Source: Macrostomum lignano (Eukaryota). From it: a stretch of DNA of 64,000 nt. The DNA lies in the NCBI GenBank assembly GCA_002269645.1, contig NIVC01001696.1, forward strand, positions 1 to 64,000. The letters are read 5' to 3'. Below, in pieces: positions 25,320 through 40,650 of this stretch. The translations under genes were made by a program, and so were the position numbers. The number at the start of each line of letters is the position of its first letter. Position 1 is the stretch's first letter. The notes under the pieces were generated by a model. That model did no database searches. It saw only the letters and a program-made list of their open reading frames with translations, and was not told the DNA's origin.

Positions 25320-28300
25320 ATGTCAGCCAGTAGTCAAGACTTCTGGCGCACCGGAACTGGGGTAGGCGTTGGCACTGGCCTGCCGCGCAAGGTGGCCAAA
25401 GGACGAGCTCAAGGAACTCTGCTCTCGTCAACTAAGTCGATGGACAATCTAAATCAAACCGCCGCGTCGGAGCAGTCCTCGGTGCCGCAAATCGATCTGA
25501 CCAATTTTGACAGCCCTGAATTCGATTGTCTCGACTATGTCCTTACTAGTCCGCGCAGCCTAGAGGCCTGCCACCGTCTAGGCCTACAACCGGTTCGTCT
25601 GTTGTACAAACGGCTGCAGGATTTCGAGCTCGAGAATCCGGGATTACCCGTGGCGCAGCTGTTTGAACTCTACGATCAGCACGAAGCCGAGAGGAAGGCC
25701 AGTCTGAGCTTAGCTAGACAGGAGCGCGAGAAACTGATGGCTGCCGAGGAGTTTGTTGAGAATGATTCAGCAATTCGGTTAGTGACTTAGTGATCGATAC
25801 TAAATACATTAGCTGCTTAGGTTTTTATGATAGAAATTTGTGGTTTTAGTTTTATTATCAGTTTTCTTAGAATAAGTGATTTAAAAAAACTATAGATCAA
25901 GAACTTCCAGGGTCTGTAGATGAAGATGTAGAATATGACTTCCATCAGGATCTCTAGATTGCTTCCATGGTCTGTAGATGGCTTCCAGGGTTTGTAGATA
26001 GCTTCATGGTTTTTAGATGGCTTCCAAGGTCTGTAGATGGCTTCCAGGGTTATTAGATGGCTTCTAGGGTTATTAGATGGCTTCCAGGGTTATTAGATGG
26101 CTTCTAGGGTCTGTAGATGGCTTCCAATGTTTCTAAAAAACTTGATCTATGCAAAAGAACCGTCAAGTTACAAACCATGGATAGCTTCCATGGTTCGTAG
26201 ATAGCTTCCATGGTTTGTAGATAGCTTCCATGGTTCGTAGATAGCTTCCAGGGTTTGTAGATAGCTTCCAGGGTTTGTAGATAGCTTCCAGGGTTTGTAG
26301 ATAGCTTCCATGGTTCGTAGATAGCTTCCAGGGTTTGTAGATAGCTTCCATGGTTTGTAGATAGCTTCCATGGTTCGTAGATAGCTTCCATGGTTTGTAG
26401 ATAGCTTCCAGGGTTTGTAGATAGCTTCCATAGTTTGTAGATAGCTTCCAGGGTTTGTAGATAGTTTCCAGGGTTTGTAGATAGCTTCCATGGTTTGTAG
26501 ATAGCTTCCATGGTTTGTAGATGTCTTCCAGGGTTTGTAGATAGCTTCCATGGTTTGTAGATAGCTTCCATGGTTTGTAGGTAGCTTCCATGGTTTGTAG
26601 ATAGCTTCCATGGTTTGTAGATAGCTTCCATGGTTTGTAGGTAGCTTCCATGATTTGTAGATGGCTTCCATGGTTTGTAGGTAGCTTCCATGGTTCGTAG
26701 ATAGCTTCCAGGGTTTGTAGATAGCTTCCATGGTTTGTAGATAGCTTCCATGGTTTGTAGATAGCTTCCATGGTTTGTAGATAGCTTCCATGGTTTGTAG
26801 GTAGCTTCCATGGTTTGTAGATGGCTTCCAGGGTTTGTAGATAGCTTCCATGGTTTGTAGATAGCTTCCATGGTTTGTAGGTAGCTTCCATGGTTTGTAG
26901 ATGGCTTCCAGGGTTTGTAGATAGCTTCCATGGTTCGTAGATAGCTTCCATGGTTTGTAGATAGCTTCTATGGTTTGTAGATAGCTTCCATGGTTTTTAG
27001 ATGGCTTCCAAGGTCTGTAGATGGCTTCCAGGGTTTTTAGATGGCTTCCAAGGTCTGTAGATGGCTTCCAGGGTTATTAGATGGCTTCCAAGGTCTGTAG
27101 ATGGCTTCCAGGGTTATTAGATGGCTTCTAGGGTCTGTAGGTGGCTTCCAAGGTCTGTAGATGGCTTCCAGGGTTATTAGATGGCTTCCAAGGTCTGTAG
27201 ATGGCTTCCAGGGTTATTAGATGGCTTCTAGGGTCTGTAGGTGGCTTCCAAGGTCTGTAGATGGCTTCCAAGGTCTGTAGGTGGCTTCCAATGTTTCTAA
27301 AAGCTTGATCTATGCAAATGAGCCGTCAAGTTGCATAAAAATCATATAATGCAGCAAAAAATGAGGTCCATAGACCTCTGCCTCTACTGCAGTTTTTAAT
27401 CACTAAATTCCACACTTAATTGTGTTTGTTTCAGCAGTAAGCAGCAGCAGGCAGCTCCGTTGCTTAGCAACGGCGGGACCGACTCTGGCAATTGGGAGTC
27501 GCAGATTCGCCGGGAACTGGCGGATCACGAGGTTCAAGCTGAACGACTGACGCAGCGGTTGGAAACTCGGCGGTTAAGGCGGCTGGTGAGTGTGGAATGG
27601 GTTGGTTATGAGCGCCAAATTAGGTGTCTGAATGGCGCCAAATTAGGTGTCTTGATGGCGCTAAATTAGGTGTCTGAATGGCGCCAAATTAGGTGTCTAA
27701 CTGGTGCCAAATTAGGTGCTTGAATTAGGTGTCTAAATGGCGACAAATTAGGTGTCTAACGGGCGCCAAATTATGTGTCTAAATGACGCTAAATTAGGTG
27801 TCTAAATGGCGCCAAATTAGGTGTCTAAATGGCGCCAAATTAGGTGTCTGATTCTGAACAGCGCCAAATTAGGTGTCTGAATGGCGCCAAATTAGGTGTC
27901 TGATTCTGAACAGCGCCAAGTTAGGTGTCTGAATGGCGCCAAATTAGGTGTCTGATTCTGAACAGCGCCAAATTAGGTGTCTGAATGGCGCCAAATTAGG
28001 CGTCTGATTCTGAACAGCGCCAAGTTAGGTGTCTGAATGGCGCCAAATTTGGTGTCTGAATGGCGCCAAATTAGGTGTTACACAAGTACCTCACACCGAC
28101 GCGCCCGCCTCAGGAGGAGTCAAAAGCGCGCCGCGACCGTGAGCACCAGCTGACTGAGCAGAAGCAGCAACAGCAGCAGCAGCAGCAGATCACTGGCAGC
28201 AGCAGCAGACCCCGACAGCGCTCCCAATCCACCGACGCTCTGAGCTCGTCAAGCCTGGGCGCCGTGGAACCATGGGAGACGCGCCAGCGTCAGGCTGAGA

Positions 28301-29501
28301 TGCGCCGGCGCCAGGAGCAGCGCCGAGCGAGTGGCACCAGCGGTGCGGCGCTACAGGACAGCGCCGATCAGTTGGCGCGCGCCAGCCGCGCCAAATCCAG
28401 CCAAGAAGCCGAGGAGCGACAGCGCCGTCATCGGCAGCTAAAACGACGCGAACTGGCGCACCGAGACCGATCAGCTGAGATGCGCCGCATGGCTAAGCGC
28501 GAATCTGAATCTGCGCGCCAGGCTAGGGTGCTACGCGCGCAGTCGGCCACTAGGAATCACGAACTGGCGATGGAGAAGAAGCAGCTGAGCCTGAAGGAGC
28601 AGCAGCTGATGCAGCTGGAGAGGTAGTTTTCACGGAAAAAATACTTGTAGTAAAGATTTTCACTGGATTAGGTTATGATTTGGATTATTAGGGGATAATA
28701 GCAGAATGGGATTCGGATTACTCAGGGATAATAGCGGAATGGGATTTGGATTATTGGGTGATAATAGCAGAATGGAATTTGGATTATTAGGGGATAATAG
28801 CAGAATGGGATTTGGATTATTGGGGGATAACAAATCGAGATTCATTTCTAGGCATAAAGCGAATAAGAAGAGAAAAACTTTTACTAGACACTACTGTTAG
28901 TAGAAATATAGGGAAATGCTTTATAATAATGGAAACACTGCAAATTTATTGTATACTCTACTAACAGTAACACTATTCGACTCTAAATTAGTCACGACAG
29001 CGACTAATTAAAATGCAAATCTCCTTAAATTAAACAAAAAATCAACCATCGCTTCGTCTTCCCCTCAGATTTCGCTCGTCAGTCGAGCGCCGGAAGCGCT
29101 TAGAAAGGGAGATCGACGAATACAAGGAGGAGCTGCGGCGCTATCGCGAACTGGCTGAACGGCGCGCCGAAGAGGTGGTGAATCGGCGCTCCCAGCAGAT
29201 GGCGCGCCGAGCCGCAGCTAAAGAATCTCAGCGCCAAGCTGTGGCGCGCCGAAATCAGCGCGAACAGGAGCGCGCCGAGGAGGCCTGGCGCAGTCAGACA
29301 GAATCAAAATTGCTGGCTAAACAACAGGAAGCGGCTAAGCTTGTTGAGGCGCGCAATCGGGAGCGCCAAAATGTGCGCGCCACCGCGGAGACGGCGGCGC
29401 GACTGCGCGCCAGTGCTAAGCGCGGCTCGGATACGTTTGACAAGAAAGTGGCACAAGTTAATCTGGTTAATAGTCTGGGCTTTGGTCACGAGTTTAAGTG
29501 A
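25320..29501 (+). CDS. CCDC177: CCDC177/CCDC185-family coiled-coil protein; exons 25320-25777, 27435-27585, 28114-28622, 29069-29501
   Basis: IDLTNFD...YVLTSPRSLEACHRLGLQPVRLL...LYDQHEAER signature, then long coiled coils; all three introns are GT-AG and phase-consistent (2, 0, 2). Confidence 0.85.
25905..27295. repeat. 20-bp minisatellite (ATAGCTTCCATGGTTTGTAG)n in CCDC177 intron 1
   Basis: Tandem array; gives MEAIYKPWK ORFs in three frames. Confidence 0.97.
27608..28075. repeat. GGCGCCAAATTAGGTGTCTGAAT minisatellite in CCDC177 intron 2
   Basis: Tandem units of about 23-29 bp. Confidence 0.93.
28665..28835. repeat. 33-bp minisatellite in CCDC177 intron 3
   Basis: Five units of GGGATTTGGATTATTAGGGGATAATAGCAGAAT. 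Confidence 0.9.
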
Positions 29502-30036
29502 TGAAATTTTACTGTTATTACTAGCAGTAGGCGGGTAAGTGTGGCTTTATTTGTCATACCATCAACGGGATTTGCAGATAAGGCCAACCAGCAAAGGGAG
29601 AAAATTGAGGGTTGGGGCAGGACTTGGCAGAGAGAGGCGGCCCGTAAATCCTCTCTCGGGTTCTTTGAAACTTCCCAATAGCAATCCGGCCCGCTCAAAG
29701 TTTTTGTCTCTTCTCAGCTCATTTTTCTTTTCTATCCTCTATCATTTCCCTTCTCCCCTCTCCTCTTTCCTCTCCTCTATCCTCTTCTCTTTCCTTTCTT
29801 ATTTCCTCTCCTCTCTCATCTCCCCTCTCCCCTCCTCTCTCATCTCCCCTCTCCCCTCCTCTCCCTCTCCTGTCATCTCCCCTCTCCTCTCTCTCCTCTC
29901 CTCTCTTATCTCACTTCTCCCATCTTCTCTCATTTCCCCTCTCTCCTCTCGTCTCTATGGCCTGCAGTCATGCGCTAGATTTTATATATAATCCTTAAGT
30001 TAAAAAAGTTTGCCAACCCCAGTGTTAGGGTTGATA

Positions 30037-30287
30037 ACACCTGCCCCAAGTGGGCCAGATGTGCAACCGACAGCTCAGCCGCAGCTATTGCACGGTGCAT
30101 CTGAAGGCTGCGTACGGCTGTTCAGTTCAAGCTAATGCTGGCACCAATTTTACAGCTGGGCGAACTGAAGCAGTGCAGATCGTTAAGTGTCTTGCTCAAT
30201 GACACAAATTGTTCCAAGTTGGGTCGAGAATCGAACTTCCGACCTTTCAGTCGGGAGTCCGACGTTCTAACCACTAGGCTACAACCC
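30037..30287 (-). mobile_element. tRNA-derived CORE-like SINE (copy 2)
   Basis: Homologous to 8002-8273; A-box TAGCCTAGTGG on the minus strand. Confidence 0.8.
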
Positions 30288-31949
30288 TCTAGGCTATACA
30301 TGGCTTAAGGGAAAGTTGCTGAAAAGTTTTGCGGTCACAGTTAAATTGAGTATAGTAGAGTTGAGTTGAGCCATAGACAGCTGGCTTGGCGGGCAATCAA
30401 TAGAAAAGTATGGGGACTTTGTCTATGACCCAGAGCTGCTGCAGCCAATAGGCATTCTCCACTTGATCAGCTTGATTATCATCAACTTGACTAATCTGTT
30501 GGGCCATAGACTAAATGAGTTCGAAATAATCTAATCTGTCAGTGTAGTGTCTTGTGGCCAAAGCCAATGTTTTTAACAACAATTTTCATGTTCTTTTTCA
30601 AATTTTAATTAACTAAAGACTATATATTACTTAACACTAAGTAAATCTTATTGTCTGATTTTTAAAATGATTTCAACTGGAAAAAATGTTTTTCTTTTGT
30701 TTTTTCTATTATTTCTCTAGGAATTCTTGGAATTTGCCGTTTGTTTCTATCTATTTTTATACTTGTGAACATAGTTCTGACCGTCCGAACATTCTTTTAA
30801 GACTTTTTTCTCGCATTGATCCCTCCATCTTCGGATACTTTCCGTCCTGTTGTATGCGTACAAGAATGTTAAATATAGTTATAGAAAATGCTCACGACTT
30901 TATTATTAAAGCTGAGTTCAGTGCTGGTTACTGAACAGTTAATCGTCAATTGCGTTTAGATTTCGTTTTTTCGTGTCTTTAGGACCGATTGTTTAAACAT
31001 TCAATCTTACGAAACCAGTTAGTTCAATGAAGATCAGGGCTGGGCGATGCCTGATGAGGACCGAGAACTATAAAAGTAGCAGCTTTAATCCAACTCTAGC
31101 CCATGCGCAATTAAGTACTAGAAAAACTATAGATAGGCCACTCCGCATATTTGCGTGTAAACTACATGCACTATCAGTTTAGTTGTAAATTAATTAAACC
31201 GAAGCAATTTTTGTACTTTTAAACACAAGGCTCATTATTGGCTCTTAATTACCCCCCCACGCCCCCCCCCAGTAGCTTAAGCCCTCTAACTGCGTCTTGA
31301 CTCTTTCCACACAAAACCACTACACCCCCTTACCGCCGCCGAATTTTATTGCCTTTCTGAGTGTTTTAGCCTTAAGCTGCTATGTACATTTCAGTTTGCG
31401 TTGGGTAATGTACGTTTATGACTGAACCAATTACAATAGCAAGCCAGCTGTTCCGTGTTTTCGTCTGATATTCTACATTGAATTGCTAACTATCTATATC
31501 ACTCACCAATTCCCTCATTTTATTTATCTCTGTCGTATGTACAGCTTTTTTGTTAAAACAGTTTCAGGCTACTAGTATTAAAGAGACAACCACACAATTG
31601 TGTGCCTTCTGTTTGCCCTTTTTTCTACACTAACAGGAGGGATCCACCGACCCCCCACCCCCCCCCCCTACCGTGGCTTGAACCACCGCCCACCCCTCCT
31701 TTTCAGAAAATCGATACCCTCAATTTCGTTGTCTATACTCTATCCCCTTCTGCGCGTACAACAAATGCACATTAAGCCAGTCCTGGGCGCAACGCGACCC
31801 CATTTTTGGCTCAGCCAATCACAATGCAACAGACGGACTACAATTTTATTATAGCGTAATAATAAAATCAATGGAATGGAATGGTCAGTTTTGTAAATCA
31901 TACTCAGAACTGCCATTCGAAAGTGAATACGCTATTTTTCCGAGAAAAA

Positions 31950-34765
<2,816 letters not shown>

Positions 34766-34989
34766 CTGCGAAATACGTGTCTGATGAATAAATTGCGCTT
34801 GCTAATTCTGGGTGTACCGACAATTGACTCTCCAATCTAAACCCAATAAGGCTGATTCACACTACCATCAGATTAGGACACTAATTTACAAAGCAATGAT
34901 AATTTTGATGTACAAGTTGTTTGGTCGCACGATGATTTTGCCATATTTTATGGCTATGTGAGCAAGCCTTAGAGACCCTTATTCCTATC

Positions 34990-35425
34990 CTAAATCTTAA
35001 GCTACACCAAAATCTAACCAAAAGCCATAACCTAACCCGTAGCCTAAACCTTAACCCTAAGCTAAACGCCCAACTCTAACTCTAACCATAAACCTAAGCT
35101 ATGAGTAAACTGCATCCTAAACTCTAACACAAACCTAACCTAAACCTAAACCTAAAGCAAACTTAACCTGAACCTAAACTGAACCCTAACGCAAACCTAA
35201 CCTAAGCCTAATCTGAACCCTAACGCAAACATACATGTAACCTAACCTAAACCTAATCCGAACCCTAACGCAAACCTAACCTAAATCCAACCCGAACCCT
35301 AACGCAAACCTAGCCTAACCTAAATCTGATCCAAACCCTAACGCAACCCTAACTTAAACCCTAACACTAACCTAACCTAAACTCTAACCCAACCTTGTTT
35401 AACCCTTTTACCTTTACCCTAATCT
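34990..35425. repeat. Degenerate telomere-like (CCCTAA/CCTAA) array
   Basis: Many ACCCTAA and AACCTAA units; interstitial position. Confidence 0.8.
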
Positions 35426-36149
35426 AAATATAAGTTGTCAACAGTCAAATATTTGGTAGTCAATGTTGAGCTTTTTTTAATAACTATCCGGTGGCTTAAA
35501 GTTTAGCCGAGATTAGCTATATTTGGAATGAATAAAAACTAAAACTATTAAATAATTTTTTTGATTTTTTTAGTTATTCACATAAACTCAATATTGACGG
35601 GTTGCTTTCACAACCTCGAAACAACCTCGCTTGTGAAGTCGGCTGCTAAAATGGTTTTCGAGGTTGTGAAATTTCGAGCTTGTGAAGCGACCCCATATTG
35701 ACTACCAAATATTTGATTAATTCCTTCCCAATATTCAACAATCTAATCACGATTAGTCATCTATGAAGATTCTATGAACTTTTAGCTACACATACTTTCA
35801 TTTATTGCAATCTGACAACTTTCAAAGATAATTAGAATATTTATTCGTTTAAATATAAACCAATTTTTATTGCAAACACTTTTTGTGTTTGGAATAGCTA
35901 GTATCATCTTTTTAATTATTTATGTCTATTGCAAATTGCAATTGTAAAATTTACTTACTAGCTAGTTTAGTTAGTTTACTTAAGTTTCCTAGCTATCACA
36001 AAGTACACCTAGATCAAAGGAATGAATTATCGAGCTGGTATGGACAGTGTATGAAATATTCAAAACTTGCTCGAAACCGTCTAGTTTATGGGAATTTTCT
36101 AGTATGTGTGAATATCCTCACTTTTGTCAATAGTCTCAAGTTAGTGTAA

Positions 36150-36640
36150 ACCGTCTATGGTTTGTGTAAATAATTTATAGTTTGTGTGAATAGTTTATAG
36201 TTTGTGTGAATAGTATCTAGTTTGTGTGAATTGTTTATAAGTCCCTAGTTCATTTGAACCGTCTATAGTTTGTGTGAATAGTCTCTACTTTTTGTGAATA
36301 GTGTCTAGTTTGTGTGATAGTCTCTAGCTTGTGTTAATAGTCTCTAGCTTGTGTTAATAGTCTCTGATTTGTGTGACTAGTTTATAGTTTGTGTGAATAG
36401 TCTCTAGTTTGCGTGAGTTGTCCCTAGTTCATTTGAACCGTCTATAGTTTGTGTGAATAGTCTCTTGTTTGTGTGAACAGTCTCTTGCTTGTGTGAATAG
36501 TTTCTTGTTTGTGTGAACAGTCTCTTGCTTGTGTGAATAGTCCTTTTTGTGTGAAGAAGTGTCAGGTTTATGTGAACAGTCTCTTGCTTGTGTGAATAGT
36601 CCTTTTTGTGTGAAGAAGTGTCAGGTTTATGTGAACAGTC
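36150..36640. repeat. Degenerate ~20-bp array (TAGTTTGTGTGAATAGTCTC)
   Basis: Visible tandem periodicity. Confidence 0.85.
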
Positions 36641-37273
36641 AATGTCAATAAGACCAGCTTTTGTGAATTGAGCTAAGTTAAAATACAAAAAGTTACATGA
36701 AAAGAAGCAGTATCATTTCCTTCAAAGATGGAAATCAGAAAAGTGAAAAAACAGCAGTTTTGTATTGTTTATTTGTTGAGAAAATATTGCAAAAAAGCAA
36801 AAAATAAACGCACAGAGAAACCGGCTTAATGCAATAGTTGAAAACTGTAAACGGGAGTAGTGACCAAATATTAAAGGATTTTTTGACTCAAATAAATGGA
36901 GTCTATTAGGCATAAAGTGAACTAGATGTGTATAAAAACTGGAACAAATAACGACAAAGAGAGCAAAAAGCTGCAAAATAAACGCAAAACAAACTTCGGC
37001 CACTAAGAGAGGTGTTTGTTTTCTGATTGAGGAAATCAAGCTTGACCAGATTTGAAAACGAACAAATGTACTTTTAACCAGCCATAAAGCCATCAAAACC
37101 GTGCTTACCCTGGACTGAGAGATGATGAAATGAAACACAAACTTAGAAGCAGAAAAAGAACCCGACTGCATTGTGAAAAGCTTAGTATAGCACGGCAGCT
37201 AGTATAGTTAACTTGTGTTGAGTCAGTACTCAACCAGTAGAGTTTCAGTCTCAAGTAGCTCCCGCTGCACTGC

Positions 37274-40200
37274 TCAATTGTGTCGGTAGCAGCGACGGCC
37301 ATTGGCGACGTGCTGCGCATTGCCGACACAAGCCGGCAGGGGCACCATGCGGCCGCCGCCTTCTCCGTTGCGGTGCACCCTGCTGCGGCTGCGGTGCTCC
37401 CGGTGATCCCGCTGGTGCTCCCGGTGCTCCCGGTGTCCGCGGCTGTCGAGACGAAGCTCCCTACGATCGTGGCTGCGATGACGTTGGCGACTCTGGCGGT
37501 AAGGACGGCTCTCGCGTTGCTCGCGAATCTGCGCATTTGTGACATTTTGCTGTTTTAGTAACCATAATATGAATGTCGCGAAGATTAAATGATGGAGATT
37601 ATTGAAAAACGAGGGGACTTAAGCGTGGGGAAATTTATGCAAAATATGCTGGATCAAAGATTCAGCAAATTTTAAAAATCCCTAAAGTTTGAGAGCGCCC
37701 TAAGGAAATCAAATTATTAGTATCCCTAAAGATTAAAGAATAGGGATTCTGATACAGGGAATTAGAGAATGAGGATCTTGATAGACACAGGGAATCAGAG
37801 AATGGGAATCTTGATAGAAAACAGGGGATCAGAGTAGAGGATCTTAATAGACACAGGGGATCAGAGAATAGGGATCTTGATAGACAAAGGGGATCAGAGA
37901 ATGAGGATCTAGATAGACACAGAGGAACAAAGAATGGGGGATCTTGATAGACACAGGGGATCAGAGAATGGGGATCTAGATAGACACAGAGGAACAAAGA
38001 ATGGGGGATCTTGATAGACACAGGGGATCAGAGAATGGGGATCTAGATAGACACAGAGGAACAAAGAATGGGGGATCTTGATAGACACAGGGGATCAGAG
38101 AATGGGGATCTAGATAGACACAGAGGAACAAAGAATGGGGGATCTTGATAGACACGGAGGATCAGAGAATGGGGATCTTAATAGACACAGGGGATCAGAG
38201 AATGGGGATCTAGATAGACACAGAGGATCAGAGAATGGGGATCTTAATAGACACGGAGGATCAGAGAATGGGGATCTAGATAGACACGGAGGATCAGAGA
38301 ATGGGGATCTAGATAGACACAGAGGAACAAAGAATGGGGGATCTTGATAGACACAGGGGATCAGAGAATGGGGATCTTGATAGACACAGGGGATCAGAGA
38401 ATGGGGATCTAGATAGACACAGAGGAACAAAGAATGGGGGATCTTGATAGACACAGGGGATCAGAGAATGGGGATCTAGATAGACACAGAGGAACAAAGA
38501 ATGGGGGATCTTGATAGACACAGGGGATCAGAGAATGGGGATCTAGATAGACACAGAGGAACAAAGAATGGGGGATCTTGATAGACACAGGGGATCAGAG
38601 AATGGGGATCTAGATAGACACAGAGGAACAAAGAATGGGGGATCTTGATAGGCACAGGGGATCAGAGAATGGGGATCTTAATAGACACGGAGGATCAGAG
38701 AATGGGGATCTAGATAGACACAGAGGAACAAAGAATGGGGGATCTTGATAGACACAGGGGATCAGAGAATGGGGATCTAGATAGACACAGAGGAACAAAG
38801 AATGGGGGATCTTGATAGGCACAGGGGATCAGAGAATGGGGATCTTAATAGACACGGAGGATCAGAGAATAGGGAATTCTCTGGATTCACAGGCGGGATG
38901 CGGGATTTCTTGATAGACAAAGGGGATCAGAGAATGGGAATCTTGATAGACACGGAGGATCAGAGAATGTGGATCTTAATAGAAAACAGGGGATCAGAGA
39001 ATGGGGATCTTAACAGACACGGAGGATCAGAGAACTTTTATTAGCTTTCTCACGTTTTGCTGCTGACGCCGAATCAGGATCTCGCGTAGCTCGGAAGCGC
39101 TGCGTCGAATTCGTTCAAAAGCGCCCATGAGTTCCTTGTAGTCCTCGTCAGCTTTTTCCAGCCTAGAAACCAGCTGGGCCTTGCGCCGCCTCTCGGTCTC
39201 CATACAGTGGATCAACTCGGACTGCCGCTCCTTAGCGGCGAGGCCAGCCTGCTTGACCGCGGAGAGTCGTTGAAGTGCGATCTCGGCTTGGTCCTTGTAC
39301 TGCTTCTCCTCTTTCTGCTTCTTGCCAAGGTACATCTTCAGCAGAGAGCTCCTTTCTAACATAGCGGCCGTGGCGGCGCGGCACTCCATCAGGCGGCGCT
39401 GCTTTTCCGCGTGGACTTCTTTGGCAATTTGAACTTGGCGCTTCAGTTGCAGCCGGGACTGGGTTATATTGGGATGGCAGGCGGAGATTCTAGAGACATG
39501 GGATCACAGAAATCAGGGTCTACGAAAAGTCGGAGGATGAAGCTATGAATATGATGATCTTTGTGAATCCAGGGAATGGGAATCTTTGCGAATCCAGGGA
39601 ATGGGGATACCTGTGAATCCAGGGAATGGGGAACTTTTTGAATCCAGAGAATGGGGATACCTATGAATCCAGGGAATGGGGAACTTTGTGAATCCAGGGA
39701 ATGGGGATATCTGTGAATCCAGGAAATGGGGATATCTGTGAATCCAGGATCCAGAGAATGGGGATATCTGTGAATCCAGGAAATGGGGATATCTGTGAAT
39801 CCAGGAAATGGGGTTATCTGTGAATCCAGGATCCAGAGAATGGGGATATCTGTGAATCCAGGAAATGGGGAACTTTGTGAATCCAGGGAATGGGGATATC
39901 TGTGAATCCAGGAAATGGGGATATCTGTGAATCCAGGATCCAGAGAATGGGGATATCTGTGAATCCAGGGAATGGGGAACTTTGTGAATCCCGAGAATTG
40001 GGATATCTGTGAATCCAGGAAATGGGAATATCTGTGAATCCAGGGAATTGGGATATCTGTGAATCCAGGAAGTGGGGCTATCTGTGAATCCAGGGAATGG
40101 GGAACTTTGTGAATCTAGAGAATGTGGATATCTGTGAATCCAGGGAATGGGGAACTTTGTGAATCCAGAGAATGGTGATACCTGTGAATCCAGGAAATGG

Positions 40201-40650
40201 GGCTATCTGTGAATCCAGAGAATGGTGATACCTGTGAATCCAGGGAATAGAGGTATGAAGTCAGGAGATTACAGAATGCGAACGCACCTGCACCATCCAG
40301 GTATTGACGCTGTGCTTCACCAAGCTAATCGCCAGCTTTATCTCCACGCCGACCAGACCGCGATCGTGGGTTTGAACATGCCGACTGTCGTGCAGGTTGA
40401 TCACTTTCCTATCGTCAAGGCTTTGATCAGTGCACAGTAGGCAATAGAAGCCACAAGTCGCATTCAAAGTTTTACTAAACATCCAGGGCTTGTGGTTGCC
40501 ACAGAACACGTGGCCACAAGCACAAATTAAGCCTTCATTAATCAGAGGCAAGTTGCATGTTGAAATGTTGCAGTACATCACGCAGTCATCGTTAGGCTTT
40601 TTGATTTTCAAGTTGCCAACTGGTTCAGTTTTCACCATTTTGCTATTCAT
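37274..40650 (-). CDS. CCNB1IP1: Meiotic RING E3 ligase HEI10/CCNB1IP1; exons 40650-40288, 39458-39054, 37549-37274
   Basis: YCNISTC...CACGHVFCGNH...CLLC RING; LVGVEIKLAISLVKHSVNTWMVQ resembles HEI10 LAGL..EI.....AL.FW.YQ; then a coiled coil. Phase-0 GT-AG introns. The last exon is less certain. Confidence 0.82.
37740..39030. repeat. ~33-bp minisatellite in HEI10 intron 2
   Basis: Units GATCAGAGAATGGGGATCTTGATAGACACAGGG and variants. Confidence 0.95.
39560..40255. repeat. ~26-bp minisatellite in HEI10 intron 1
   Basis: Units GAATGGGGATATCTGTGAATCCAGG(G/A). Confidence 0.95.

Noticed and set aside
30290-30507. 38-codon minus-strand ORF (MAQQISQVDD...) with an open frame continuing after a TGA
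   Set aside because: No Cys/Sec motif, no homology recognised and no SECIS seen downstream; not enough to call another selenoprotein.
31040-31070. CTGATGAG hammerhead-like core
   Set aside because: No stem II closing onto GAAA and no compatible stem I, stem III or NUH found by eye; the same holds for CTGATGA near 43284.
37105-37558. Ala/Thr-rich ORFs on both strands
   Set aside because: Alternative frames of the phase-0 last exon of HEI10 (37549-37274).
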